NCBI GenBank assembly: GCA_039630415.1
Contig: JBCNVB010000016.1
Location: 1 to 57,924 of the forward strand
Direction of reading: 5' to 3'
From: a bacterium
GTDB taxonomy: Bacteria > DRYD01
Length of the DNA: 57,924 bases
In this document: positions 20,070 to 30,107 of the stretch, in pieces
Position numbering within the stretch: position 1 is the stretch's first letter
How the letters are laid out: every line of letters begins with the position of its first letter
Made by a program: the position numbers and the translations under genes
The notes under the pieces: model-generated
The model's input: the letters and a program-made list of their open reading frames with translations, nothing else
Told to the model about the DNA's origin: nothing
Database searches by the model: none

Positions 20070-20960
20070 TCAGCTGTTGTTTTCCATTGTGGTGTGATTA
20101 GGATCTTTTGTTTCTTGCTGAGTTTGTATTTCTTCGTGGGTTTGTATTTCTTCGTGGGTCTGAGTTTTTTCTTGGGTTGGTTTTTTTAGTTTGAATACTT
20201 TAACGGAGGAGGGGCGTAGTAATTTATCCATTAGTTTATAAGCTGGTCTATATTCTTGGATTATGATTTCTTCTTTGGATTCTTCGGTTGTTTCTTCTAT
20301 TTCTATTGCTTCATGGATATTTGGATCGAATTTATCTCCTTCTGATGATCTTATAATTTCTAGACCTTCATTTTTTAGAACTTCTATGATTTGTTGATAT
20401 ATGAGTTCTACTCCTTTTATGACTTCTTCTATGTTTTGAGTATTTTTGATTGACTTTAGTGATATTTCAAAGCTGTCTAAAACTGGGATCAGGTTGGATA
20501 TTATTCTTTCTTTGGATTCTCTTTTGAGTTTTTCTTGATTTTTTTCAGTTCTAAATACAAAGTTTTCGTATTCTGTTTTTAAGTCTCTGTATGCAATACT
20601 TAGTTTTTGATATTTTTCCATTATTTGTTGATTTTTAGTTTGTGTTTCTTCGAGTTGGGTATTGAGATTTTGTATTTCTTGATTTAATTTTTGGATTTCC
20701 TGTTCATATTTTTCTGTATTGTTGTTTGAAAATTCTTCTTGTATAGCTCTGAGTTTCTCTTCTTTTTTGTTTAATTCTTCTCGTAGTTCTTCTATTTTGT
20801 CTTGCAGTGCGATGTTTATTAATCTTAATAGGTCATTTATTTTATTGCTATCGGGATTTTCTTTGAGTTTTTCTAGGGGTTTTTGAAATGGTTTTAGGAA
20901 TTCGTATTTGTTTATCATATTTTCTATATAATCGATGTTTCTTTCTAGTTTGTTTTCCAT
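20070..20960 (-). CDS. grpE: Nucleotide exchange factor GrpE with extended N-terminal coiled coil
   Basis: EYENF..R, LIPVLDSFE, KGVELI, FDPNIHEA and LLRPSSV; lies directly upstream of dnaK. Confidence 0.92.
   Translation of the reverse strand: MENKLERNIDYIENMINKYEFLKPFQKPLEKLKENPDSNKINDLLRLINIALQDKIEELREELNKKEEKLRAIQEEFSNNNTEKYEQEIQKLNQEIQNLNTQLEETQTKNQQIMEKYQKLSIAYRDLKTEYENFVFRTEKNQEKLKRESKERIISNLIPVLDSFEISLKSIKNTQNIEEVIKGVELIYQQIIEVLKNEGLEIIRSSEGDKFDPNIHEAIEIEETTEESKEEIIIQEYRPAYKLMDKLLRPSSVKVFKLKKPTQEKTQTHEEIQTHEEIQTQQETKDPNHTTMENNS
20122..20157 (-). repeat. In-frame 18-bp tandem duplication (QTHEEI x2) in the GrpE tail
   Basis: GTTTGTATTTCTTCGTGG occurs twice in tandem on the + strand. 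Confidence 0.9.
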
Positions 20961-21742
20961 ATTATCCCTCTCTTTCTGTTTATTAGATTGAATGAGAGTA
21001 GTGTTAAGATTAAGGTTATTGTTATTGTTGAGCTTATTGGTAAATTTAGGAAGAATGATATGTAGTAGCCTAGAATTAGAGATATGAAAGTTATAAAAGA
21101 AGAAAGTAAGATACAGTTTTCTATGCTATTAGTTACCTGGTAAGCGATTGTTGGGGGAATCGTAAATAAAGCGATAAGTAAAATTATACCTACTGCTTTT
21201 AGTGTTACAACTATTGCAAGACTTACCATGAATATTATTGCTATGTTAAATACCGTAGTATTTATTCCTATGATTTTACTCTGTTCTTCATCTATCATCA
21301 CGTTTTTTATTTCCTTGGAAAAAAGCAAGTAAAATATTAGGCAGAGTATTGTATAGACTAGAGAGGTTAAAAGGTCTATTGTTTCTACGAATAGTATGTT
21401 ACCAAATAGATAGAAGCTCACGATTGATGAGGTTGTTTTGGATAGATTTAGTAGGATTATACCGATTGAAACACAGAAAGCCCAAATTATTGATAGAGAG
21501 GTTTCAAGATCTATTTTGTTATTTTGTTTTATGTAGTGTATTATTGTAGAGGTTATGAGTACGAAGGGTATAGAGGTTATCAAAGGATTAAGCTTTAGGA
21601 TATTTGCTAAGGCTAAGCTAGCCAGCAGAGAATGAGATATACTACCTGCTATTGATGTCATTTTTTTCAAAACTATCATTGTACCTACTAGACCAACTAT
21701 TATGCTTATATTTGTAAAGAACATTACTAAAACTAGCTCCAC
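20945..21742 (-). CDS. Metal (Zn/Mn) ABC transporter permease, ZnuB family
   Basis: Multi-TM protein with SISHS, YLFGNIL, AVGIILLIAL and IPP motifs; GTG start. Confidence 0.85.
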   Translation of the reverse strand: MELVLVMFFTNISIIVGLVGTMIVLKKMTSIAGSISHSLLASLALANILKLNPLITSIPFVLITSTIIHYIKQNNKIDLETSLSIIWAFCVSIGIILLNLSKTTSSIVSFYLFGNILFVETIDLLTSLVYTILCLIFYLLFSKEIKNVMIDEEQSKIIGINTTVFNIAIIFMVSLAIVVTLKAVGIILLIALFTIPPTIAYQVTNSIENCILLSSFITFISLILGYYISFFLNLPISSTITITLILTLLSFNLINRKRGIIWKTN

Positions 21743-21829
21743 TTTATTTATTTTTGATAATTTTAAGTTTTTACCCTGCTCCTAGACTTTTATGAAGGTT
21801 AATTTTTTTGAGTGTAGAATTGGTTAAGT

Positions 21830-22360
21830 ATGATTAGTGAGATTATTTATGTAGCTTTATTGCTGTGTGTGGTTATACTGAGTTTTGTTGCGATATTTAG
21901 CAGGGAGGTTTTTAAGGCTGCAATTAGTTTGGTTTTCGCTTTTATACTTTTAAGTGCAATTTACTTGCTTTTAGGTGCCGAATTTTTAGCTGTTATGCAG
22001 TTAATAATCTATGCTGGGGCTATAGCTATTCTTATCTTGTTTGCTATAATGCATACTCCCGCTAAAATTGAAGATTTGGGACAAGCAAAGATATTTGATT
22101 TCAAACCTCACTATCTCAATGCTTTTATACTAGGTGTGTTGATATTTACTATTTTGATGATGGTTGGATTTACGGTTATAAGTGAACTAAATATCACTGT
22201 TAATAATCAGAAACCATTGATAAAAGACTTTGCTAATGTATTGTTTAATATCAAAGATGTGAATAACTTGGGTGGGAGATTTGTATTAGTTTTTGAATTA
22301 GCTGGTATACTTATTCTTGCGTCTGTAGTGGCTGCTATTACAGTAGCTAAAAAAGATTAA
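21830..22360 (+). CDS. nuoJ: NADH-quinone oxidoreductase subunit J
   Basis: LGAEFLAVMQLIIYAGAI and FELAG.LIL. Confidence 0.92.
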   Translation: MISEIIYVALLLCVVILSFVAIFSREVFKAAISLVFAFILLSAIYLLLGAEFLAVMQLIIYAGAIAILILFAIMHTPAKIEDLGQAKIFDFKPHYLNAFILGVLIFTILMMVGFTVISELNITVNNQKPLIKDFANVLFNIKDVNNLGGRFVLVFELAGILILASVVAAITVAKKD

Positions 22361-22373
22361 GAGGGGTAGAATT

Positions 22374-22694
22374 ATGGATAGCTTACTAGTTATCACGACG
22401 TTCATAGCCAGTTTGATTATGATAAGTGCCGGAATAGTCGGAATTGTATACAGAAGAAATTTGGTTGCAATTTTGATTTCAATCGAGGTAATATTAAACG
22501 CTATTAATCTAGATTTTATCTTATTTTCAAGACTAAAGAGTAGTCATATTCAGATGATGGATGGTCAAACGTTTGCTTTATTTAATATACTCATTGCTGC
22601 TGTGGAGATAACGGTGGGACTAGCCATAATATTTGCTATTAGAAATGCTTTAAAAACTAGTGATATTGATAAACTCAGTAACATTAAAGAATAG
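22374..22694 (+). CDS. nuoK: NADH-quinone oxidoreductase subunit K
   Basis: RRNL..ILISIE..LNA, GQ.FA and AAVE..VGLAI. Confidence 0.93.
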   Translation: MDSLLVITTFIASLIMISAGIVGIVYRRNLVAILISIEVILNAINLDFILFSRLKSSHIQMMDGQTFALFNILIAAVEITVGLAIIFAIRNALKTSDIDKLSNIKE

Positions 22695-22697
22695 CTT

Positions 22698-23678
22698 GTG
22701 AATATAGTTCTCTTTTCATCTGGATATTTAGCATCTGAAATAGCTCAGTTTCTAATCCAACAATATAAGCAAAAAGTGTATAACTCATTTTATTTGGTTA
22801 CTAAACCTGATAAACCGAAGGGTAGGGGATTAAGAAGCTATCCCAACATAATAAAAAAAACAATTCTTGAAATACTTCCATCTTTTCAGAATAATATTCT
22901 TGAGTTTGATTCATTTAAGAAAATTGATCCATCTAAAAAGGCTGAAAATATTGATCAATTAAGATCCATATTGAGTTTAACTGATATAGCTATATGTTGT
23001 GATTTGGGGTTAATTATTCCGTCGGATTGGCTGGGTTTACCCAAAATTTTTATAAACATTCATCCTTCTTTACTTCCTCTATACAGGGGACCTTCTCCTA
23101 TTCAGTATACACTTTTAAATGGTGATTCTTTAACAGGAATTACAATTTGCCTTGTATCTGAGAAAGTTGATCAGGGAGATATTATCTGCCAGTCTGTTAT
23201 CAAAATAGACCCAAATGATAATTTTTTAACTTTAAGGGATAAACTCTCAATGTTAGCTTTGGAGGAATTAAAAAAATTCATTTATCTATATAATCATTCC
23301 AGAGTATATTTTATCAAGCAAAACGATAGTATATCTTCCTATACCAGAAAAATTAATGATACTTTGATTGATTTATCCAAGTCTGTTATAGAAGTACATA
23401 ATCAAGTAAGAGCCTTTTATCCAGATGGATATATTTATGTAAATCTTGGATCTGATAAAAAGAGAATAAAAATTTTGAAAACGGCTGTAGTTAAAAATGA
23501 TAATTTTGACTATTCCAAGTTCCGAAAGATGGATATCTTTTGGATTTACGGGAAAAGAATTTTCATAGGAAAAGAAGGAGAGAATAATTTACTTGAGGTG
23601 TTTGAACTACAGTTGGAAGGTAGGAAAGTAATGGATGCTGGATCTTTTATTAATGGTTATCAAAGGTATATAAACTAG
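22698..23678 (+). CDS. fmt: Methionyl-tRNA formyltransferase
   Basis: VTKPDKPKGRG, NIHPSLLPLYRGPSPIQ, D.GDI and C-terminal QLEGRK.M...F.NG. Confidence 0.92.
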   Translation: MNIVLFSSGYLASEIAQFLIQQYKQKVYNSFYLVTKPDKPKGRGLRSYPNIIKKTILEILPSFQNNILEFDSFKKIDPSKKAENIDQLRSILSLTDIAICCDLGLIIPSDWLGLPKIFINIHPSLLPLYRGPSPIQYTLLNGDSLTGITICLVSEKVDQGDIICQSVIKIDPNDNFLTLRDKLSMLALEELKKFIYLYNHSRVYFIKQNDSISSYTRKINDTLIDLSKSVIEVHNQVRAFYPDGYIYVNLGSDKKRIKILKTAVVKNDNFDYSKFRKMDIFWIYGKRIFIGKEGENNLLEVFELQLEGRKVMDAGSFINGYQRYIN

Positions 23679-23679
23679 G

Positions 23680-24252
23680 ATGGCTGCAAAAAGGATAGAG
23701 GAGCTAAAGAAAATAGAAAAGGAAATAAAAAAATGTAACAAGTGTATTTTGCATAGTTATAGGAACAATGCAGTTCCTGGTAATGGAGTTTATCAAACTG
23801 ACATAATGATAGTTGGAGAGGCACCCGGTAGAAATGAAGATATTCAAGGGTTACCTTTTGTTGGTCAAGCGGGTAAGCTTTTAGATAAGATGTTAGAATC
23901 TATTGGTTTATTTAGGGATAAGGTTTTTATTACCAATGTTGTTAAGTGTAGACCTCCAGAAAACAGAGACCCTACTGACCAAGAGATAGAAGCTTGTTTA
24001 CCTTACTTAAAGCGGCAAATCGAGTTGGTAAACCCAAAACTAATTATATTGGTTGGTAAACATTCTACCAGAGCTATTTTAGGTATAAATTTAAAAATTT
24101 CTCATCTAAAGGGTAGGCTTTTTATAAAAGATGGAAGGTATATATTTTGCACTTATCATCCCGCTTTTGTTTTGAGAAATTATTCTTCCTATATAGATGA
24201 GTATAGCTACCATTTTCAGTTAATAAGCAAGATTATATCTGAGATTTGTTAA
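23680..24252 (+). CDS. Uracil-DNA glycosylase family 4 (Fe-S)
   Basis: CxxC, GEAPG..ED..G.PFVG.AG, KCRPPENR and YHPA. Confidence 0.93.
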   Translation: MAAKRIEELKKIEKEIKKCNKCILHSYRNNAVPGNGVYQTDIMIVGEAPGRNEDIQGLPFVGQAGKLLDKMLESIGLFRDKVFITNVVKCRPPENRDPTDQEIEACLPYLKRQIELVNPKLIILVGKHSTRAILGINLKISHLKGRLFIKDGRYIFCTYHPAFVLRNYSSYIDEYSYHFQLISKIISEIC

Positions 24253-24269
24253 TCAGGTTGATTTGTTAA

Positions 24270-24968
24270 TCAGGTTGAGGATGTTGTAGTAGTTTTTTGG
24301 AATACTTCTCCTGATTTGAGGATGATGCACTTTGTTTTGGTTTGTTGTTCTACGAGTGTTTTAAATTCATATGGATCTGCTTTTATTGGTTCGAAGGTAT
24401 TGTAGTGCATGGGTATTACGTAGGTTGGTTGGATAATTTTGACAGCTTCTACTGCTTCTTCTATATCCATTGTAAATGTTCCTCCTATGGGTAGCATAGC
24501 TATTTCTATGTTATATCTTGGTAGGAGTTGCATTTCTGCATTAAGGCAAGTATCTCCTGCGTGGTATATGGTTGTATTGTCGATGTGAATTATAACGGAG
24601 GTAGCTACTCCTGCGTAATTTCCTTCTGGTGTGGAGCTTCCGTGGAAAGCAGGAACAAATTTTATATATCCCCATTCGAACTTAATTTTACCACCCATGT
24701 AGGCTCCATTGGCTTGAATTCCTTTGGAAATGAAGTAGTTTGAAAGTTCAAAATTACACCAGATTTGGCTGTTGTATTTTTTATATATGGTTTGTACATC
24801 TGCGATATGATCGAAGTGTCCATGGGTTGTTATGATATAGTCGATTTTAGGAAGATCGGTTATTTTTATAGACGAGTTTGAGGGGTTTGATTCTATCCAT
24901 GGGTCGATAATTATGTTTTTTGATCCTAGGATTAAAAAGCACGAATGACCTATGTACTGTATTTTCAT
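24270..24968 (-). CDS. Metallo-beta-lactamase-fold hydrolase (UPF0173-like)
   Basis: GHSCF, THGHFDH, HAGDT, PIGGTFTM and PMHYNTF; GGGAGGTG SD. Confidence 0.9.
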   Translation of the reverse strand: MKIQYIGHSCFLILGSKNIIIDPWIESNPSNSSIKITDLPKIDYIITTHGHFDHIADVQTIYKKYNSQIWCNFELSNYFISKGIQANGAYMGGKIKFEWGYIKFVPAFHGSSTPEGNYAGVATSVIIHIDNTTIYHAGDTCLNAEMQLLPRYNIEIAMLPIGGTFTMDIEEAVEAVKIIQPTYVIPMHYNTFEPIKADPYEFKTLVEQQTKTKCIILKSGEVFQKTTTTSST

Positions 24969-25099
24969 TTGCTACACCTCCCGAGTATAGAATTTTCTAT
25001 TGTGATTTACTTTATCCTTTATTTTTGTTTTATGTCAGGAATTTTGGTAGGGACGTTTTAATTAATATATGTGAAATGGAAAAGAAAGGGGGCAAAAAA

Positions 25100-26368
25100 A
25101 TGAAAGTAGTAGTGGTAGTGTTGTTAGTAATGGTTTATTTGAGTGTTTTTGCTTTTGCTGAGATAAAGATAAGTTTTTGGCATGCTTTTTCTTCAACTTC
25201 ACCTCGTGGTAAGGCTTTACAAAAAATGGTTGATGATTTTAACAACATGAACGTTATGGTAGGGGATCAGAAAGTAGTTGTGGAGCTTGTTTATAAGGGT
25301 GGGCAAGGTAAGATTAATAATCCTTACAATGTACTTTTTTCTGAACTTCTTAAAGCTTGTTCTCAAAATAGTACACCGAATATATCCATAGCATATGAAA
25401 ACTGGGTCTCACAGCTTAAAGAAATTGGAGTTATTAAAGATTTTGAATCATTTAACAGCCAAAAAATTAATCAATATGTGGACTCTTTGTATCCTCACTA
25501 TAGAGAAGCTTGTATAATAGATGGAAAAACATTTTCACTCAGTTTCAATAAAAGTTTCTTTGTTTTCTATTATAACAAAAAATATTTTAGCGATCTAAAT
25601 GTAGCTGATTTACCAACTAACTTTGATCAATTTGTAAATTTGCTAAGAGAGTTTAAACAAAAAACAGGGTTAACACCACTATATCTTGAGCCAAATGAAG
25701 ATACTTTCATTATTTTTTATCTTTTGGTTGCTTCTGATAAGTTTTTTGATATTACAAACAAAATTTATCCAACATTTTTAGGTAAGAATCTGGATCATAC
25801 TACTAACGTTATAGGTGATTTAGAAAGACAGGGTTTAATAGTATGGACTAATGATTCATATAAAGACTTTATTGACAACAAGGCTCCTATAATTCTAGCT
25901 ACTACTAGTAGGTATACGAACTTAAAGTCAAAGAGTAGGGATTATAGTATTGCTTCTTTGCCAGCTGATCGAGGAAGGATATACTCTGCAGGTACTAACT
26001 TAGTTATATTTAAGTCTTCCCCTGAGCAAGAAACGGCTTCTGTTAAGTTCATAGAATACCTAATAGATGGCAAGAATCTGGAGTATTTCTGTATAAATAC
26101 GGGTTATGTATTACCTACGATGAAACATACTGAGGTTTACAAGAGTTTTCTAGAATCAAATCCGGAGTATATGAAAGTATTGAATTATAGTAAAGACAAG
26201 CTATATGTACAGCCGCCGATATGGGCTTGGGAAAATATAAGATATTTTATAGCTGATTACATGTTTGCCATATTCATAGATAAAAGCCAAGTAAAGGAGC
26301 AACAAAAGAGCCTGGAAGAAAAGGTAAACCAAATAATGCTTAACCAGAACACAAAGTATTTAAAATAA
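25100..26368 (+). CDS. Extracellular solute-binding protein (family 1, sugar/glycerol-phosphate type)
   Basis: Signal peptide MKVVVVVLLV...AFA, then ISFWHA, FYYNK, GTNL.IF and TGY.LP. The real start is likely ATG 25100 after an AGGGGG SD. Confidence 0.85.
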   Translation: MKVVVVVLLVMVYLSVFAFAEIKISFWHAFSSTSPRGKALQKMVDDFNNMNVMVGDQKVVVELVYKGGQGKINNPYNVLFSELLKACSQNSTPNISIAYENWVSQLKEIGVIKDFESFNSQKINQYVDSLYPHYREACIIDGKTFSLSFNKSFFVFYYNKKYFSDLNVADLPTNFDQFVNLLREFKQKTGLTPLYLEPNEDTFIIFYLLVASDKFFDITNKIYPTFLGKNLDHTTNVIGDLERQGLIVWTNDSYKDFIDNKAPIILATTSRYTNLKSKSRDYSIASLPADRGRIYSAGTNLVIFKSSPEQETASVKFIEYLIDGKNLEYFCINTGYVLPTMKHTEVYKSFLESNPEYMKVLNYSKDKLYVQPPIWAWENIRYFIADYMFAIFIDKSQVKEQQKSLEEKVNQIMLNQNTKYLK

Positions 26369-26390
26369 TACAAAATAGGGGGGTAGGAGA

Positions 26391-26651
26391 TTGCAAAAAT
26401 ATAGCAAAAACAAATTATTTCAAATCAGTAAAAGCGAGCCTAAGCAAAAAATAAGTGATGAATTTTATGAAGATGTAAATCCTGATGGGATACTAGAAAA
26501 CTCAGAAAGTATTGAAAAACTAGCTCTGGGAGAAGCAAAAAGTATCATAAGAATATGTGATATGTGTGGAAATGAGATGCTTCTACACGAAGGTAACTTA
26601 TTCGTATGTGAAAACTGTGGATACCATTTTAAAACGATCAAGGATGTTTGA
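26391..26651 (+). CDS. Small zinc-ribbon protein
   Basis: C-terminal CDMC...CENCG; TTG start is uncertain. Confidence 0.6.
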   Translation: MQKYSKNKLFQISKSEPKQKISDEFYEDVNPDGILENSESIEKLALGEAKSIIRICDMCGNEMLLHEGNLFVCENCGYHFKTIKDV

Positions 26652-26677
26652 GTTGATACGTAGAAATAAATAAAATA

Positions 26678-28030
26678 ATGAATGCAAAACAAAAAACGTT
26701 CAGTGTAATAACATTAGGATGCTCCAAAAATACGGTAGATAGTGAACTTCTAATAGCCAAGCTATTAGACAAAGGACTGATATATAAAGATAATATCCAG
26801 GAAAGTGACTACATAATAATAAATACTTGCGGATTTATTAAACCAGCTATTAATCAATCCATAGAAACTATAAAGAATATAATCCAAACTCTAAAGGATA
26901 ATGATCTTAAAGGTAAAGTAATAGTTTCGGGATGTTTGGTTAGCAGGTACAAAGACAGCATAATCAAACGTTTAGAAGATGTATATGCTTTTTATGATAC
27001 CAATTCATTTCTTCAAATAGCTGATGATATTGAACATGAAAGTATTCAAAAAGAGAATAAACCAAATAGATTAAACTTATCTTCTCTAGCCCCCGATTAC
27101 TCTTCAAAGCTATCTAAATTTGTCTCAACTGGTTATTACTCATATGTCAAAATAGGGGAAGGTTGTAATCATACTTGCTCTTTTTGTACTATTCCATTAA
27201 TTAGAGGTAAATACAAATCAAGACCAATAGAGGACATAACAAACGAAGTAAGAAAGTTAGTTGGTATAGGAATAAAGGAAATAATCTTAGTTTCTCAGGA
27301 TACTTCTTTTTATGGGTATGATATATATGGTAGATTATCACTTGATAGATTGCTAGAGTCAATTTGCGAAATAGAAGGTGATTTCTGGGTAAGAATGTTA
27401 TACCTTTATCCAACGACTCTAAGTAAAAATGTTTTAAAAATTATGGCACAGAATGAAAAGGTAGTTAAGTATATAGATATTCCTCTTCAACACGTATCCA
27501 GTAAAGTGCTAAAAGCAATGAGAAGACCAGGTAACAAGGATTACTACAAGAATATGATACAAACAATAAGACAAACAATACCAAATGTGATAATCAGATC
27601 AACATTCATAGTTGGGCACCCATTAGAAGATGAACAGGATTTCCAAGAATTAATAGAGTTTTTGCAAGAAGTTAAAATAGAAAGAGCTGGATTTTTTAAA
27701 TACTATAGAGAAAAAGGTACCTACTCTTACTCTTTACCACAAATTGACTACAAAACAAAGAGTAGAAGATACAAGATTGTTACTTCAGTTCAGCAAAAAG
27801 TTTTGGATGAGTGGTCTAAACAACAAGTAGGAAAGACATTTAAAGTCCTACTAGAAGATAAACAAAATGGTTTTTATATAGGTAGAGCTTATTTTGATGC
27901 ACCAGAAGTAGATTCTGTTATTAAAATACCTGTTCAAAAAAATACAAAAATGAAGCTGAAATTGGGTAACTTTTACAAAGTCAGAATAACTGACTATAAG
28001 GAGTATGATTTTTATGGATGTCCTTGTTAG
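26678..28030 (+). CDS. rimO: Ribosomal protein S12 methylthiotransferase
   Basis: LGCSKNTVDSE, NTCGFI, EGCNHTCSFCTIP..RG, and a TRAM domain with DAPEVD. Confidence 0.95.
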   Translation: MNAKQKTFSVITLGCSKNTVDSELLIAKLLDKGLIYKDNIQESDYIIINTCGFIKPAINQSIETIKNIIQTLKDNDLKGKVIVSGCLVSRYKDSIIKRLEDVYAFYDTNSFLQIADDIEHESIQKENKPNRLNLSSLAPDYSSKLSKFVSTGYYSYVKIGEGCNHTCSFCTIPLIRGKYKSRPIEDITNEVRKLVGIGIKEIILVSQDTSFYGYDIYGRLSLDRLLESICEIEGDFWVRMLYLYPTTLSKNVLKIMAQNEKVVKYIDIPLQHVSSKVLKAMRRPGNKDYYKNMIQTIRQTIPNVIIRSTFIVGHPLEDEQDFQELIEFLQEVKIERAGFFKYYREKGTYSYSLPQIDYKTKSRRYKIVTSVQQKVLDEWSKQQVGKTFKVLLEDKQNGFYIGRAYFDAPEVDSVIKIPVQKNTKMKLKLGNFYKVRITDYKEYDFYGCPC

Positions 28031-29009
28031 TGGTATCAGACCAACTGGGAAACTACATATAGGACATATTTTTGGAACTGTAAAGGAATGGGTTAACTAT
28101 CAAAATAAATACGAATGCTTTTTTATAATAGTTGATTGGCATGCTCTTACCACATCTTATGAAGATACTAAGCAAATAAAAAACCACGTACTTGATTTAC
28201 TTTCGGAATACCTTTCATTTGGTTTAGATCCTAAAAGGTGTACTATTTATTTGCAGTCGATGGTCAAGGAAGTAGCTGTAGTTCATTTGCTAATTTCCAT
28301 GATAACCCCGCTTGGTTGGTTGGAAAGAGTTCCTTCTTTTAAGGACCAGATTCAACAACTGGGAAAGCAAATAGCTACCTATGGTTTTCTTGGATATCCG
28401 GTTTTAATGACCGCTGACATATTAACTTTTGATGGCAAATATGTACCTGTGGGTCAGGATCAAATACCTCATTTGGAGTTAGCCAGGGAAATAGCTAGGA
28501 GATTCAATAATCTGTATGGTCAAATTTTTACAGAGCCTGAACCTATCCTTACTCAAACCCCCTATATACCGGGGTTTGATGGAAGAAAAATGAGTAAAAG
28601 CTATCAAAATGCAATATACATAGATGAAACTGAAAAAGAAACCGAAGAAAAGATTATGAAATATATTACTGACCCACAAAAGATATACAAAAATTCTCCT
28701 GGCAGACCTGAAATATGTAACGTATTCAGTCTACATAAAGCTTTCCAAAATAAGGAGATAAATGATATAGAGGTGAATTGTAGGCAAGGTAAACTGGGTT
28801 GTGTAGAATGTAAAAAGAAGCTATCTAATCTAATAAACTCTACGTTGGCTCCTATAAGGGAGAAGAGAGGGCAAATTAGAAAGGACGAAGGGTATTTGTT
28901 AGACATTCTTTGCGAGGGTTCAAAAAGAGCATCAAATAAAGCAACCCAAAAAATTAACCAAATTAACTCAACTTTAGGACTAGATCTAATGAGAGGTGTT
29001 GCTAGATGA
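28014..29009 (+). CDS. trpS: Tryptophan--tRNA ligase
   Basis: SGIRPTGKLHIGH, YPVLMTADIL, VPVGQDQ and KMSKS; ATG 28014 follows AAGGAG. Confidence 0.96.
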   Translation: MDVLVSGIRPTGKLHIGHIFGTVKEWVNYQNKYECFFIIVDWHALTTSYEDTKQIKNHVLDLLSEYLSFGLDPKRCTIYLQSMVKEVAVVHLLISMITPLGWLERVPSFKDQIQQLGKQIATYGFLGYPVLMTADILTFDGKYVPVGQDQIPHLELAREIARRFNNLYGQIFTEPEPILTQTPYIPGFDGRKMSKSYQNAIYIDETEKETEEKIMKYITDPQKIYKNSPGRPEICNVFSLHKAFQNKEINDIEVNCRQGKLGCVECKKKLSNLINSTLAPIREKRGQIRKDEGYLLDILCEGSKRASNKATQKINQINSTLGLDLMRGVAR

Positions 29010-29413
29010 ATAAAACTCCTAATAAAATACTTGTTGTGGATGATGATCAAAATATTGTTAATCTCGTACAAAGAATTCTGGATCTAGAGGGGTATGAGAG
29101 TATAGGAGTTTTAAGTGCAAATGAAGCGCTTTCTATCCTATCGTCAAATTATCAAGATATTGATATTATCATATGTGATTACATGATGCCTGAAATGGAT
29201 GGATTAAATTTTGTAAAAATGATCAAACAAGAACCCAGATATGAAAACATAAAAATAATAATGTTGACAGCTATAGATGCATTTGATGTTATAAAGCAAA
29301 GTATGGATCTGGGTGTGAAAGACTACATTGTCAAACCTTTTGATCCTCAGGAGGTTCTAAATGCTATAGAAAAACTAAAACATGAGGAACTTAAAAAAGG
29401 ACAAAGAGGTTAA
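29006..29413 (+). CDS. Single-domain response regulator (CheY-like)
   Basis: LVVDDD, D..MPEMDG, MLTA and KPF. Confidence 0.92.
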   Translation: MNKTPNKILVVDDDQNIVNLVQRILDLEGYESIGVLSANEALSILSSNYQDIDIIICDYMMPEMDGLNFVKMIKQEPRYENIKIIMLTAIDAFDVIKQSMDLGVKDYIVKPFDPQEVLNAIEKLKHEELKKGQRG

Positions 29414-29419
29414 AAAGAG

Positions 29420-30085
29420 ATGAGGGAAATACGAATATTAATAACAATAGTTGTGGTGTTTTTAAGTTTGTTTATTGGTTTAAGTGTGGCCACTATTGAA
29501 TTAGCTAAAGAGTATGAGCTCAAGGCTGAAAAATCATACAAACAAGCTAATGATAACTACATAAAGCAAGAATATATAAAATCCCTGGTAAGTTATGTTG
29601 AAGCTATAACCTATTATACCTTAGCTTATCATATATACATTGATAAATACAACGATAAAGTAAATTTCTTTAGAGTATCAGAAATAGTTCTAAAGGTTTC
29701 GTTAGAAAGTGATGAGGTAAGTTTAAAAGCACTTGAACAAGCTAAAAACGTCGAAAAGAAGAATAATATTTTAAACATAAAATCTTCGAACTATCTGAAC
29801 TTTGCTTCTACTTTACAAAAAATGTATGGTGTTGATTATAAAATAGCAACTCAAAAATATGATGAATTGAGGAAAAAACTTGAAACTGAGGATAGTATCA
29901 TAGTTTCAATAGCTAAGTACTTTGCTAAATCTATTGATATCCAACTTTCAGTAAATAACTATGATAAAGCAAAAGAATATTTTCAGGAATTAAATAAATA
30001 CTATCAAACTTTGGATAATAGGATAAGGGATAAATTTGCAGTAAAGAAGATAGTGGACTTTTATAAGGCTAAGGTATCTAAGTAG
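29420..30085 (+). CDS. Exported or membrane-anchored helical hypothetical protein
   Basis: N-terminal hydrophobic signal followed by a Tyr/Lys-rich helical body. Confidence 0.65.
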   Translation: MREIRILITIVVVFLSLFIGLSVATIELAKEYELKAEKSYKQANDNYIKQEYIKSLVSYVEAITYYTLAYHIYIDKYNDKVNFFRVSEIVLKVSLESDEVSLKALEQAKNVEKKNNILNIKSSNYLNFASTLQKMYGVDYKIATQKYDELRKKLETEDSIIVSIAKYFAKSIDIQLSVNNYDKAKEYFQELNKYYQTLDNRIRDKFAVKKIVDFYKAKVSK

Positions 30086-30107
30086 TTGTTTGGGAGGGGA
30101 TTAGAGG

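Noticed and set aside
21743-21829. CIRCE or CtsR operator upstream of the chaperone operon (also checked 42958-43023)
   Set aside because: No TTAGCACTC-N9-GAGTGCTAA inverted repeat or GTCAAA direct repeats were found.
24920-25099. N-terminal extension of the solute-binding protein given in the ORF track
   Set aside because: It overlaps the divergent hydrolase gene; the SD and signal peptide point to ATG 25100.
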